DNA of 64,000 bases from Pseudomonadota bacterium (GCA_039799905.1 JBDLRP010000046.1:1-64000); one strand, 5' to 3'. Shown: positions 20,302-29,545, counted from the stretch's first letter. Notes: generated by a model from the sequence alone, not told the origin. Translations and numbers: made by a program.

Positions 20302-21564
20302 ATGACCGCGAGTGCCTTTTACAAAAAAGAACTGGCTTTGACGATGGTTGCAGGTGTTTATACCTTCGCCGCCGCGCCAGATGCTTACGCGGACAGTTCA
20401 AGCAAAATCCACAAACCGACTGACGTGACGACCTCAAGGGTATTTGAAACCAAGCGAAGCGAAATTCCCAAATCGTCTTTGTTCATGACCCAGCCGCCGC
20501 AGTTGCCAGAAGCCGGCAGGAATCCGAGTATCCACGATTTACTTGGGCGTGCCTTTTCACGCGACGATCTCAATTCTCTCTATGGTGCAGGCGGATTCAC
20601 TCACTGCGAAACATCGAGCCGGATCCCCTCATTCTTTGAAAAAAATTACAGCAACTTTGCTGCTGAATGCCTCAACGATTTGCGCAGCAAGAATGCCATC
20701 ACATTCGACGAACGCTTCCGTGCCAATCCAGAATCAGAAGGAATTGCTCCCTCTCCGCTCGGAGGCGGACTGCAATGGACGAGTATCAGTGCAGGCGCAC
20801 GCGAACGACTGCTGCAACGCTCAATTCATGATCTCGCGCAAAAAAACAAAACTCTTGCCGACATCCTGCAAGGGCGAATTTCATTTGATTTCGGACTAGG
20901 ACAAATCTTCTCCGATGACTCTTCGTCGGCCGCCAAGGCTGAACCTGCGCGTCCTCGTTACGTTGTTGAAGTGAGCGACCCGATTCCGGAAAACACAAAC
21001 AAAAAACGCACTCTCCTTGCCAGCATTGGCAAACTGCCAGACGGCAGTGTCAAAAAGGAGGGTGTCTGGTTCGCGCAGAAACCATTGCGAACAAAACGCA
21101 GACTCAAGGAAACGTTCGAACCAGCCGCGTCGGCAGACAGCAAGGAAGAATCCATCGTACCAGTGACGGCTCACTTGGCCGATCCAAGTGCCTCTGATTC
21201 GGCGCTGTCTTCAATCCGCTATGTGACACGCATGGCAGGGCTGTCGTCATTGCCGTTCAGCAAGTTGAACATGCGCGCAGAGCGCAGACTCATCGAGGGA
21301 AGAAATCAATTCGCACTGCGCGCGACGGAATCGCAGGATCTGTTCTTCGCCGAACTTCCAGACATCCGTCAGGCCTCCTCGTCTTCACTTGTCTGGGGAT
21401 ACAGAGTGCCTTGGAAACAGCACTCCGTCGCAGTCCGCAACGACGAATCGACGGATGAAAAGGTGACAACTTACAGCTTCAGAATCGACAACTCGAACAA
21501 ATCCGAAGTGAATTACAACCATAAAACCAATGCCGTCAGCGCAGGTTTCACAATGACTTTCTGA
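20302..21564 (+). CDS. Exported hypothetical protein, possibly with a C-terminal outer-membrane beta-barrel
   Basis: Strong RBS GAGGAGGAG; signal peptide ending AYA; amphipathic beta-strands and terminal Phe (AVSAGFTMTF). Confidence 0.7.
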   Translation: MTASAFYKKELALTMVAGVYTFAAAPDAYADSSSKIHKPTDVTTSRVFETKRSEIPKSSLFMTQPPQLPEAGRNPSIHDLLGRAFSRDDLNSLYGAGGFTHCETSSRIPSFFEKNYSNFAAECLNDLRSKNAITFDERFRANPESEGIAPSPLGGGLQWTSISAGARERLLQRSIHDLAQKNKTLADILQGRISFDFGLGQIFSDDSSSAAKAEPARPRYVVEVSDPIPENTNKKRTLLASIGKLPDGSVKKEGVWFAQKPLRTKRRLKETFEPAASADSKEESIVPVTAHLADPSASDSALSSIRYVTRMAGLSSLPFSKLNMRAERRLIEGRNQFALRATESQDLFFAELPDIRQASSSSLVWGYRVPWKQHSVAVRNDESTDEKVTTYSFRIDNSNKSEVNYNHKTNAVSAGFTMTF

Positions 21565-21595
21565 TTTTGAAGAGAAAATCAAAAGGCAGGAAAAG

Positions 21596-21781
21596 AGAAA
21601 CCCCAGATGAGAGGAAAAAGAGCACAGAGAAACCCACTTTTTTAAAGTGGGTGCCGCTGTCTGACTCTTCAGGCTTCCCTCAATCGCACAAAGTCGGAGG
21701 GCGTGCACACCGAGACAGTTTTGGCTCCCGTGTCTTACGTTGTAGGTTCACCGGCATATTAACCAAGCTCACCTGAGGCAT
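21596..21781 (-). ncRNA. ssrS: Probable 6S RNA
   Basis: ~185 nt; 5' GCCUCAGGUGAG pairs with 3' CUCAUCUGGGGU; contains GAACC..CACGGGAGC and GCGGCACCCAC..GUGGGUU motifs typical of 6S RNAs; has its own sigma70 promoter; ends approximate. Confidence 0.75.
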
Positions 21782-21785
21782 CCTC

Positions 21786-21815
21786 AGTATGGCCCCAGCG
21801 CGATCTGCGCGTCAA
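21786..21815 (-). promoter_or_regulatory. Sigma70 promoter of the probable 6S RNA
   Basis: TTGACG-N18-CATACT immediately upstream of the 5' closing stem. Confidence 0.65.
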
Positions 21816-21948
21816 GTGCAATCTTTTAGTCACCTGTCGAAAAATTCGCCGAAATTTTGCCCATCCATGTTTGCCTGTCAGACACCCCTCTCAAGTTCCA
21901 ACACAGTCTGCCGAAAAATTAGACAGACCGAGTGTGAGGAGGAAGCGC

Positions 21949-23535
21949 ATGGCCGAGAGTGCAAATGTCATGAATTACGAGGAGTTCGAGCGCCTTCACG
22001 TGGTGCGCAGACTCCGGCAGATTGTTGGTAACTGGTGGAAAGTTCAGCTTAACTTTACCGATGCACGGGGCTTTCTGCGCGGTGTGCCGCAGGGCAAATT
22101 TTTCAACCCTGCCAATCAAGTCTGCGCATTCATCACCCAAAACAACGATGGCTTCAAAGATTGCATGGGCACAGCCCGCACGACCACTTACGAAAACAGC
22201 GAGTCCTCGGGCGCGCGCTCGGGAACCTGCCATGCAGGATTCAGCACTCTGACACTGCCATTGCGTATTGAGGGCAAGTACATGGGCTGTCTGTTTGCGG
22301 ACGGCTTTCTCATGCAGGACACTGCCGACGAGCAAAAACGACGTCTGCGCACTTACCTCAAAAACAAGTTCCCAAATGATGCGGGCGGACTTGAAAACTA
22401 CATCGATTCACTGCCGGTGCTCAGCAGCAAAGAGATCGAGTACCTGACAGAGCTCGTCGACGTCGTCATCGAGGAAGTTGTCACGCTGCGCAAAACGCTC
22501 AGTGAATCGGGCGAACGGCTCGAAGCGTTGTCTCAAGAACTTTCTGAAAAATGGGACTTCGGCAAAATGGTTGGCCGGTCGGCACCGATGGTCAAGCTCT
22601 TCAAGCTGCTCACAAAGGTTTGCGAATCGGATGCGACGATTCTCGTCACAGGTGAAAACGGTACAGGGAAAGAAGGCATTGCTCGAGCAATTCACTTCAA
22701 TTCCAAACGCAAAAAACAAAATTTTGTTGTGCAGAACTGCGGCGCACTGAATGACAATCTGCTTGAATCCGAGCTCTTCGGACACGTCAAAGGGGCATTC
22801 ACCAGCGCCATCCGCGACAAAAAAGGACTCTTCGAGCTTTCCGACAGGGGCACACTGTTTCTCGACGAAATCGGCGACACTTCGCCCGCCATGCAGGTCA
22901 AGCTGCTACGCGTTCTGCAAGAAGGAACCTTCATTCCTGTCGGCGGCACCGAGCAAAAGAAGGTTGATGTCCGCATTCTCGCAGCGACAAACAAGAACCT
23001 TGAGCAAATGGTCAAAGACGGAACATTCCGCGAAGACTTGTATTACCGACTCAATGTGATTCCTGTAAAAGTGCCGCCGCTGCGCGAGCGCAAGGAAGAC
23101 ATTCCCCTGCTCGTGAGCAAGTTCCTCGAGGACTACTCCGCGGCGACCAATGCTCCGCGCAAGAAAATGTCGCGCGAATGCCTCGAGAAACTCGAAATGC
23201 ACGAATGGCCTGGCAACGTCCGTGAACTGCAGAACGAAGTCGAGCGGCTCTGCGTGCTGGCCGGAAGCGATTCGGAGATTGCTGGAGATCTGCTGTCCGA
23301 GCGAGTCAAAGCAAAGAAGGAAGACAAATTCCCCGGGCTGCGGGTGGATGGCAAACTCAAAGACTCCATCGAGGAGCTCGAGAGAAAGATGATCTATGAT
23401 TGCCTCATCCGCGAAAACTGGAACAAGTCGCGTGCGGCGAAAATTCTTGGTATAAGCCGTGCAGGTTTAATCATGAAGTGCGAAAAATTCGGCTTGGACA
23501 AGCACGACGACTACAAGAAAGCCGCAGGAGATTAA
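21949..23535 (+). CDS. Sigma54-dependent activator (bEBP) with N-terminal PocR sensor domain
   Basis: PocR Cys pattern (VC...DC...TCHAGF..PL...G.LF); Walker A GENGTGKE; ESELFGH.KGAFTSA; FLDEIG; WPGNVREL; Fis HTH; RBS GAGGAGG. Confidence 0.92.
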   Translation: MAESANVMNYEEFERLHVVRRLRQIVGNWWKVQLNFTDARGFLRGVPQGKFFNPANQVCAFITQNNDGFKDCMGTARTTTYENSESSGARSGTCHAGFSTLTLPLRIEGKYMGCLFADGFLMQDTADEQKRRLRTYLKNKFPNDAGGLENYIDSLPVLSSKEIEYLTELVDVVIEEVVTLRKTLSESGERLEALSQELSEKWDFGKMVGRSAPMVKLFKLLTKVCESDATILVTGENGTGKEGIARAIHFNSKRKKQNFVVQNCGALNDNLLESELFGHVKGAFTSAIRDKKGLFELSDRGTLFLDEIGDTSPAMQVKLLRVLQEGTFIPVGGTEQKKVDVRILAATNKNLEQMVKDGTFREDLYYRLNVIPVKVPPLRERKEDIPLLVSKFLEDYSAATNAPRKKMSRECLEKLEMHEWPGNVRELQNEVERLCVLAGSDSEIAGDLLSERVKAKKEDKFPGLRVDGKLKDSIEELERKMIYDCLIRENWNKSRAAKILGISRAGLIMKCEKFGLDKHDDYKKAAGD

Positions 23536-23539
23536 GTCA

Positions 23540-24283
23540 GTGGCTCATGAGCCCGCTGGAACAAGTCGCAGGAATCGAAAGGTTGAGGAGTCGCGTGAAC
23601 TCCTCAATTCTTATCTTGCGAATGTGGCACTCATGCTTTCAGCTCCCGTACGGCTAATCATCCTCAACCAACTACTGCAGGCACCCCGCACTGTAGAGCA
23701 GCTCAGCGAGTCGACTTCCCAGTCGATGGCTAATGTTTCGCAACATCTTGCCAAACTCAAATCTGCGCAGCTCGTTACAGTGCGCAAGCAGGGACTGCAG
23801 AGAATTTACTCTCTGAGCTCCCCAGCTGTGCAGAGGGTTGTTTTGGCATTGCAGGAACTCGCGCGTGAAATCTCGTCAGATGTTGTGGCCGCCGAGGACA
23901 CCCTTGTCGCACCCGAGCTCAGGGCAACAGCCAAACTGCACGATATTCTTTTGGACGTTGCGGCAAACCGAGCCGACCTCATCGATGTACGCACACCGCA
24001 GGAACAGTCCGCCACGCCGGTCGGGCTGGCAAGACAGGTTCCACTGGAAAACGACGACGATCTCGAGACGCTTTTGCAAATCACCGCAAAAGACAAGCCC
24101 GTTTACGTCTTCTGTCGAGGCGCCTACTGCGTCACTGCATCACGAGCGACCGAGTTTCTCCGCACCAAAGGGATTCAGGCGTGGTGTCTGCGCGAAACCG
24201 CACTCGAACTCGAGCAAGAGCAGGAGTCTGTTGAGGCAGGCCTGCAAATTCAAAAAACAAACAAGGGAAAACATCCGAAATGA
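23540..24283 (+). CDS. ArsR/SmtB regulator fused to a rhodanese domain
   Basis: SMANVSQHLAKLK winged HTH; LIDVRT and VFCRGAYC rhodanese motif. Confidence 0.88.
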   Translation: MAHEPAGTSRRNRKVEESRELLNSYLANVALMLSAPVRLIILNQLLQAPRTVEQLSESTSQSMANVSQHLAKLKSAQLVTVRKQGLQRIYSLSSPAVQRVVLALQELAREISSDVVAAEDTLVAPELRATAKLHDILLDVAANRADLIDVRTPQEQSATPVGLARQVPLENDDDLETLLQITAKDKPVYVFCRGAYCVTASRATEFLRTKGIQAWCLRETALELEQEQESVEAGLQIQKTNKGKHPK

Positions 24284-25446
24284 AGCACAACTTCTTTCAT
24301 TCACTCATGCTCGGATTGACTGCCATCGCCGCCGCAACTGCGGGATGCCAGAAGAGGGAATTCAACAAATCCGACCTCAGCAGCGAGTCTCTTTCGTACT
24401 CTGCCGACGTCAACAAATTTTTTGGCACTATTGAGGCCAAGACGAAGCCAGGTTTCAAATTCAACTGGGAGAAAATCAAATCGGCCGTGGCGCAAGCTGA
24501 AACCAAAGTGAATGCACTTCCCCCTTCACTTTCTTTGGAAGATCAGCCGCTGACCACGCTTCCGGCGAATATCCCACCTGAATTCAAGCCGGCACTTGAA
24601 ACTTTGCTTGATTCGCAACGCAATAAGGGCCTCGTCAAGATAAAGCGCCGCATTGTGCTGGAACAGCTGATTGAACAAATCGTCGAGGCACAAAAGGGTT
24701 CCGCAGGCAGCTCGTGCGCGCTGGGGCCCGATGGCAAAAATCCACGCTCTGCCGCACTCAACTCTCTGCTCAAAGAGTTTGTCATCTACAAATACGGGCG
24801 CCCACCGGAGCCGCTACCCGATGCATTCCTCACGGCCGTTCCATTCTACGGACACCTCGTTGAAAAAGAGTCACCCTTTCTTGACGTCGCCTTCGCACCC
24901 GGTGGAAGCATGGCACATAAGTCCGCACACAGTGTGAATGTGCACGTGATGGACTTTTTCGAACTCTGGCTTGCCTGCGAAGAACAAGGCAGCAAATGCG
25001 GTGGTGTAAAACTCAAAGACCTGACCATCTATATCGGTATGCAAGGCATCGTCGAGAATCTGCCCGCACTGAAGAAAGAAGTGGAAGAAAACCGCAGGAT
25101 CGTCACGACACGCGCAGGCACCGATGAAGCCGTCAAAGCCCGCAAGGCCCTTGAGGCGGGCGAGGCCGATCTCGCGCGCGCGGAGAGGATGTTGGGTAAA
25201 AAACGGATTTCGCCGCTTGATTGGAACAAAACCGAATTCCGCAACAACACAGCGTTGTGGGACGTCTTTTTCGACTTCCAGAACCTCGCCGATGAAGCGT
25301 TCAAAGAGTTCAAATCCATGCGTGCCGAGCGTAAACTCAAGCAAGACGATTATCTCGCATTGTCGATTCGCACGGTCGCTAATCCGTTTCACATGGGAAA
25401 GCCGGAACTTTTGAAAGCGCTGTTTCCCTGCTCCGGTTGGAACTGA
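24280..25446 (+). CDS. Hypothetical lipoprotein
   Basis: Lipobox TAGC; ATGA-coupled to the ArsR gene; His cluster AHKSAHSVNVH. Confidence 0.75.
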   Translation: MKHNFFHSLMLGLTAIAAATAGCQKREFNKSDLSSESLSYSADVNKFFGTIEAKTKPGFKFNWEKIKSAVAQAETKVNALPPSLSLEDQPLTTLPANIPPEFKPALETLLDSQRNKGLVKIKRRIVLEQLIEQIVEAQKGSAGSSCALGPDGKNPRSAALNSLLKEFVIYKYGRPPEPLPDAFLTAVPFYGHLVEKESPFLDVAFAPGGSMAHKSAHSVNVHVMDFFELWLACEEQGSKCGGVKLKDLTIYIGMQGIVENLPALKKEVEENRRIVTTRAGTDEAVKARKALEAGEADLARAERMLGKKRISPLDWNKTEFRNNTALWDVFFDFQNLADEAFKEFKSMRAERKLKQDDYLALSIRTVANPFHMGKPELLKALFPCSGWN

Positions 25447-25471
25447 CAATTCACAGCGAAAGGATTCGCAC

Positions 25472-26548
25472 ATGAATCTGCTCACCCTTATGCTCGCCTG
25501 CGGCGTTCTTTCGGGATGCCAGCTATTTCCGGCAAAAAGCGGGCTTAAAAGCAACACCGCAGAACAATCCGAAAAGCAACTGGCCGAGACCATCGCATTG
25601 GGGCTGAGCTATCCTTACGAGCGTGAATCCGGCTCATACCTCTTCGTCAACGGCGAAGCATATCCATATGAATACATCGGTAAAGACCCGCTGGTCGATT
25701 CAACCCTACGCGTGGGCGGAAAAGTCATTCAGGTCGACACCTTTCTGAAAGACACCGTTCGTGGCAAAAACTCCCTCAAGGCACAACCGATGAACACTCG
25801 GACGCCCATCATTGCGTATGGATCAAACGCCGCAGTCAGTGCGCTGAAAAGAAAATTCATGAGCGAAAAGTTTGCACGTGGATGGGCAGTGATTCCCGTG
25901 CTGAAGGGCACAATCAAAGACTTCGAAGTAGTTCATGCCGCACACTTTGTTCCCGTCAACGGAAGCTTCCCCGCAGGAATACAGCACAGCGCCGGTGCGG
26001 AAAGCGAGGTCTGGATCACGTTTCTCGATGAACTTGAAATGGAGCGCATGCACGCATCCGAGGGCATCGATTCGGATTCACCTGAATCTTGGTATTCCTA
26101 TGGAAAACTGGAGAATATAAAAATTCAGATTAACGGTTGGCGCAACCTGACTTCGGCCTTTGTTTACATCGACAATTATGGCGCATTGAAGGTCAGCGAC
26201 AAAACCGCAGCACTCGCAAAGGTACCGGCCAGCGCGCGTTCTCCACAACTGTCGATGCAGGCTGCACTTGAATCGGCAGAGGATATTTTTGCGAAAGTTC
26301 CAGCTTCCGCTGAAAGTGCGGAAGCCTGCAAAAAATGGACCGGAGTAGAAAAACGACTGTGCGAGAACATTGTCGATCATTGCGCCCGCGACGAACGAAC
26401 CGAGGCTCTCGCAAAACAAAAACGCGCCGAATTCTGGAAGCTGCCCGAAAGCTCGGGCATCAGCTACACGCGACTTGCAGGTTCAGACAAAGCAGGCCAT
26501 CCCAAAGCGTTTCCCGATTCAATGCGTTGCGTGCGGGCAGGCCGCTGA
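25472..26548 (+). CDS. Lipoprotein with gamma-glutamylcyclotransferase-like motif
   Basis: Lipobox LSGC; IAYGSN motif and downstream MHASEG acidic motif; RBS AAGGA. Confidence 0.65.
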   Translation: MNLLTLMLACGVLSGCQLFPAKSGLKSNTAEQSEKQLAETIALGLSYPYERESGSYLFVNGEAYPYEYIGKDPLVDSTLRVGGKVIQVDTFLKDTVRGKNSLKAQPMNTRTPIIAYGSNAAVSALKRKFMSEKFARGWAVIPVLKGTIKDFEVVHAAHFVPVNGSFPAGIQHSAGAESEVWITFLDELEMERMHASEGIDSDSPESWYSYGKLENIKIQINGWRNLTSAFVYIDNYGALKVSDKTAALAKVPASARSPQLSMQAALESAEDIFAKVPASAESAEACKKWTGVEKRLCENIVDHCARDERTEALAKQKRAEFWKLPESSGISYTRLAGSDKAGHPKAFPDSMRCVRAGR

Positions 26549-26554
26549 CTCAAC

Positions 26555-26998
26555 TCACTGACTGGCCTTGCGTCTTTCGTACAGTGCAAAACCATAAAAG
26601 CCGGCCAGCATTGCGATGGTAAAAATTACGACGCTGGGGTTCAAACTGGCAAGCGAGACAATCGCCGGCCCTGGGCAAAATCCGGCCATGCCCCAGCCCA
26701 CACCAAACATGACAGCACCCAGTTTCGCAGCATTGGGCAAATCGAATCCAGGGCGCGGAAGATTACTCCAGTCGTCTGCCAGTATCGGCTTCTTCATGCG
26801 CAATACAATTTGATTTGCGATGGCATACACTGCGATTGCACCCACCATGACAAACATAAGCGCCGGCTTCCAGTCGCCGAGGATATCGAGAAAACCACGC
26901 ACATTGGCAGGGTTCAGCATTCCGGACACACCAAGGCCAACAGCAAACAGCAGACCCGAGACAAGCGCGAGAGCCGCGCGCGAAATATTGGAACTCAT
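26555..26998 (-). CDS. YeeE/YedE-family (DUF6691-like) sulfur transporter subunit
   Basis: GL.VSGM.NP..VRGFLD..G.W.P.L; FGVGWGMAGFCPGP. Confidence 0.9.
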   Translation of the reverse strand: MSSNISRAALALVSGLLFAVGLGVSGMLNPANVRGFLDILGDWKPALMFVMVGAIAVYAIANQIVLRMKKPILADDWSNLPRPGFDLPNAAKLGAVMFGVGWGMAGFCPGPAIVSLASLNPSVVIFTIAMLAGFYGFALYERRKASQ

Positions 26999-27002
26999 CT
27001 CA

Positions 27003-27452
27003 TCAACCTCCTGCTGAATTCAACAGCGCGTTGGCAACGGCCACTGCCGCCATGCCCGCTGCGATAAAAATAATAGTGGCAATCACGCTGCGTCCGGAGA
27101 GTCTGGCGATACCGCATATTCCGTGTCCGCTTGTACATCCCCAGCCAAGCCGCGTGCCAACCCCAACAAGCAGGCCCGCAATCACGAGAACGGCCGGATT
27201 GGTCGAAACCATTCCGGCTTCAACAAAAATATTGGTGAATTTTGCGAGCAAAACTCCGCCAATGAGCATTCCTGCAAGAAACAATGCGCGCCAAGAAAAT
27301 TCGCCGCTTTGCGCCTGCCGTGCTTTTGGAGTGAAGATCATATTAATAAAGGTACCGGCAATACCGCTGATACCCATGATCCGCCCGTTGAAAATCATTA
27401 AAAGAGCGGCTGCCAAGCCGATTATCAGACCGCCATATAAAGCCATCATCAT
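27003..27452 (-). CDS. YeeE/YedE-family sulfur transporter subunit
   Basis: GRIMGISGI; GTRLGWGCTSGHGICG; start overlaps the TauE stop. Confidence 0.9.
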   Translation of the reverse strand: MMMALYGGLIIGLAAALLMIFNGRIMGISGIAGTFINMIFTPKARQAQSGEFSWRALFLAGMLIGGVLLAKFTNIFVEAGMVSTNPAVLVIAGLLVGVGTRLGWGCTSGHGICGIARLSGRSVIATIIFIAAGMAAVAVANALLNSAGG

Positions 27453-28258
27453 TTGAGTATTGTCTCCTTGAGCAAAATAAAAGATCCCATGACCAACACA
27501 AACCATCCGAAAGCGGGTTTCAATTTTTCACTTGGTACTTTTGCAACAAGTTTTGTGCCCAAAACCATACCGAGCAATGAGGCCGACGTGACGCTGGCCA
27601 AAATCGGCAGATTGATTGCTGTTCCGGCAGACAAGTCGCCCGCAAATCCAATCAAAGATTTTGAGGCAATCACAACCAACGAGGTTCCCACGGCCCGCTT
27701 CATGTCGAGCCCGACCAAAATCACGAGCGCGGGAACAATGAGAAAACCTCCACCCGCGCCGACGAATCCGGTGACAGCTCCAACAATTGCACCCTCGCCG
27801 ACAATCAGTAGCATGCGCGAAGCATTCAATGCCGCATCCGACTTCGGTTTTACCTTCGACGGGCGCAGCATGGCTCCGGCTGCAAGCAGCATCACGACGC
27901 TGAACACAAGCAAAATAAGCGTATCTTTAGAGAGTGCAGCACCCAGCACCGTCATTTCCGAGGGAATTGCCGGAAGAGCAAAGCGGCGAGTGGCATACAC
28001 GGCCAAAAAGCTCGGAATAGAAAAAATGACTCCTTCCTTCCAAGCAATTTCGCCGCGGCGCGCATAAGCCACGGAACCCGCAGCTGCCGTCAGGCCGACA
28101 ATAAACAAAGAAAGAGCCGTCGATTCGCTCGCATTCAAGCCAAAAACGTAGTGTAAAATCGGCACCGTGAGAATGCTGCCGCCACCACCCAGCAAGCCAA
28201 GCGAGATTCCAATCACCAGACTCAGCACTAAGCCGATGATGAACACCGGTGTGATCAT
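27449..28258 (-). CDS. TauE/SafE sulfite exporter family protein
   Basis: LGLLGGGGSILTVP; GFVGAGGGFLIVPALV; AVGTSL. Confidence 0.92.
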   Translation of the reverse strand: MITPVFIIGLVLSLVIGISLGLLGGGGSILTVPILHYVFGLNASESTALSLFIVGLTAAAGSVAYARRGEIAWKEGVIFSIPSFLAVYATRRFALPAIPSEMTVLGAALSKDTLILLVFSVVMLLAAGAMLRPSKVKPKSDAALNASRMLLIVGEGAIVGAVTGFVGAGGGFLIVPALVILVGLDMKRAVGTSLVVIASKSLIGFAGDLSAGTAINLPILASVTSASLLGMVLGTKLVAKVPSEKLKPAFGWFVLVMGSFILLKETILK

Positions 28259-28980
28259 ACTGAAGCCTCTGCCGCGCGGGCTTCCGACGGCGAACGGCCG
28301 TTAAGCAGATTGGCAGGCACAGATTCTTTAATTTTACGCGGCGGAGGCAACTTCCAGCTGGCAAGCTCTGCAACAAACTCTTCTTCACTCATCGAAAGAA
28401 GCTTGTTGGTTTGGAGCTGCTCGGCAATCGATGAAACCCATCGCTTGTTGTAGTCGTGCCCCGGATACACGAGCGTTGCGGGTGGAAAAGAAGCGAGCCG
28501 ACGGAGGCTTTGATACATGTGCTTCGAGTCGCCGGCTTGAAAATCTGTGCGTCCGCACGAACCGATGAACATTGTGTCGCCTGTCAGCAGCCGGTTACCG
28601 TCAACAAGAAAGCTGATGCTCTCGCTTGTGTGGCCGGGGGTGTAGAGGGTTTGAATCTCCACTTCACCAACCTTCAAAACACTTCCGTCCCTCAGGGATA
28701 TATGCGGAAACTTCACCTGCGCTTTTTCACTGACACCCACCTGTGCCTGCGGAAAGGCTTCCTGCAGCAGCGCGTTGGCTGTCACATGGTCCGCGTGAAC
28801 ATGTGTTTCAAGCAGATAACGCAGATTCAGGTTCAGCTCACTGATGCGCTTCTTATAGCTCTCGACGTGTTCACGTACCGAATCCACCAACACTGCTTCC
28901 CGGGTTTTCGGATCGGCAATGAGGAATGTGTATGTAGATGTATCTTCGTCGATATATTGCTCGAATATAATATGGCTCAT
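28255..28980 (-). CDS. Persulfide dioxygenase (ETHE1-like MBL-fold)
   Basis: STYTFL; ETHVHADH; TPGHT; CGRTDF; YPGHDY; LPPP..I..SVPAN. Confidence 0.88.
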   Translation of the reverse strand: MSHIIFEQYIDEDTSTYTFLIADPKTREAVLVDSVREHVESYKKRISELNLNLRYLLETHVHADHVTANALLQEAFPQAQVGVSEKAQVKFPHISLRDGSVLKVGEVEIQTLYTPGHTSESISFLVDGNRLLTGDTMFIGSCGRTDFQAGDSKHMYQSLRRLASFPPATLVYPGHDYNKRWVSSIAEQLQTNKLLSMSEEEFVAELASWKLPPPRKIKESVPANLLNGRSPSEARAAEASV

Positions 28981-28990
28981 GCCCTTCTCC

Positions 28991-29299
28991 TCACAATGTC
29001 TTGAGCAGATCGTAACCGCCCTGAACTGAACAAATCACCTTTTCAAATCCGGCATTCTTTAAAATGTCGAAAGCAACCTGCGTGCGGTTGCCGCTCCGGC
29101 AGTACAGGTAAATCTCCTTGCCTTTGTCGAGTTCGGCGATTCGGTTTGGCAGCTCGCCCAATGGAATATGCACCGCGTCAGGCAGCATGCCTGCTGCAAC
29201 CTCATCGTTGTTTCGAACGTCAAGCATCAGGGTGCTGCCGCGTTCAGCCAAGCGGTAGCGGGCCATAAATTCAGGACAGTTCATTTTAAGGCACGTCAT
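28991..29299 (-). CDS. Single-domain rhodanese (sulfurtransferase)
   Basis: LDVR, HIPLGEL, active-site YCRSGNR; RBS GGAGGTGATCC. Confidence 0.9.
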   Translation of the reverse strand: MTCLKMNCPEFMARYRLAERGSTLMLDVRNNDEVAAGMLPDAVHIPLGELPNRIAELDKGKEIYLYCRSGNRTQVAFDILKNAGFEKVICSVQGGYDLLKTL

Positions 29300-29349
29300 G
29301 GATCACCTCCCAAGTCTCACTGACCTCACAGTACCCCTTTCGGAGGGTA

Positions 29350-29371
29350 TATTCAAGTATTTAATTAAATA
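29350..29371. promoter_or_regulatory. Candidate ArsR-type operator for the sulfur operon
   Basis: TATTCAA-N8-TTAAATA dyad (one mismatch) containing the perfect palindrome TATTTAATTAAATA, 50 nt upstream of the rhodanese gene. Confidence 0.5.
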
Positions 29372-29545
29372 ATTATTAAAATTACTTAAACATATGTTTT
29401 TACTTTACTTTATAGCGTTTAATCTTTGACAGGCAAGGCGCGGCCCGGCACGCCGAAGCGGGTTTGCAATTTCTTATTGAAAGGCCAGTGACCCGATGCT
29501 AGTTCACCAGTCTGCTACCCAAAACGTCATTTTTCAGGGGTTTTT

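Noticed and set aside
29300..29310. GGATCACCTCC, resembling the 16S rRNA 3' end
   Set aside because: It is the complement of an extended Shine-Dalgarno for the minus-strand rhodanese gene; no rRNA context
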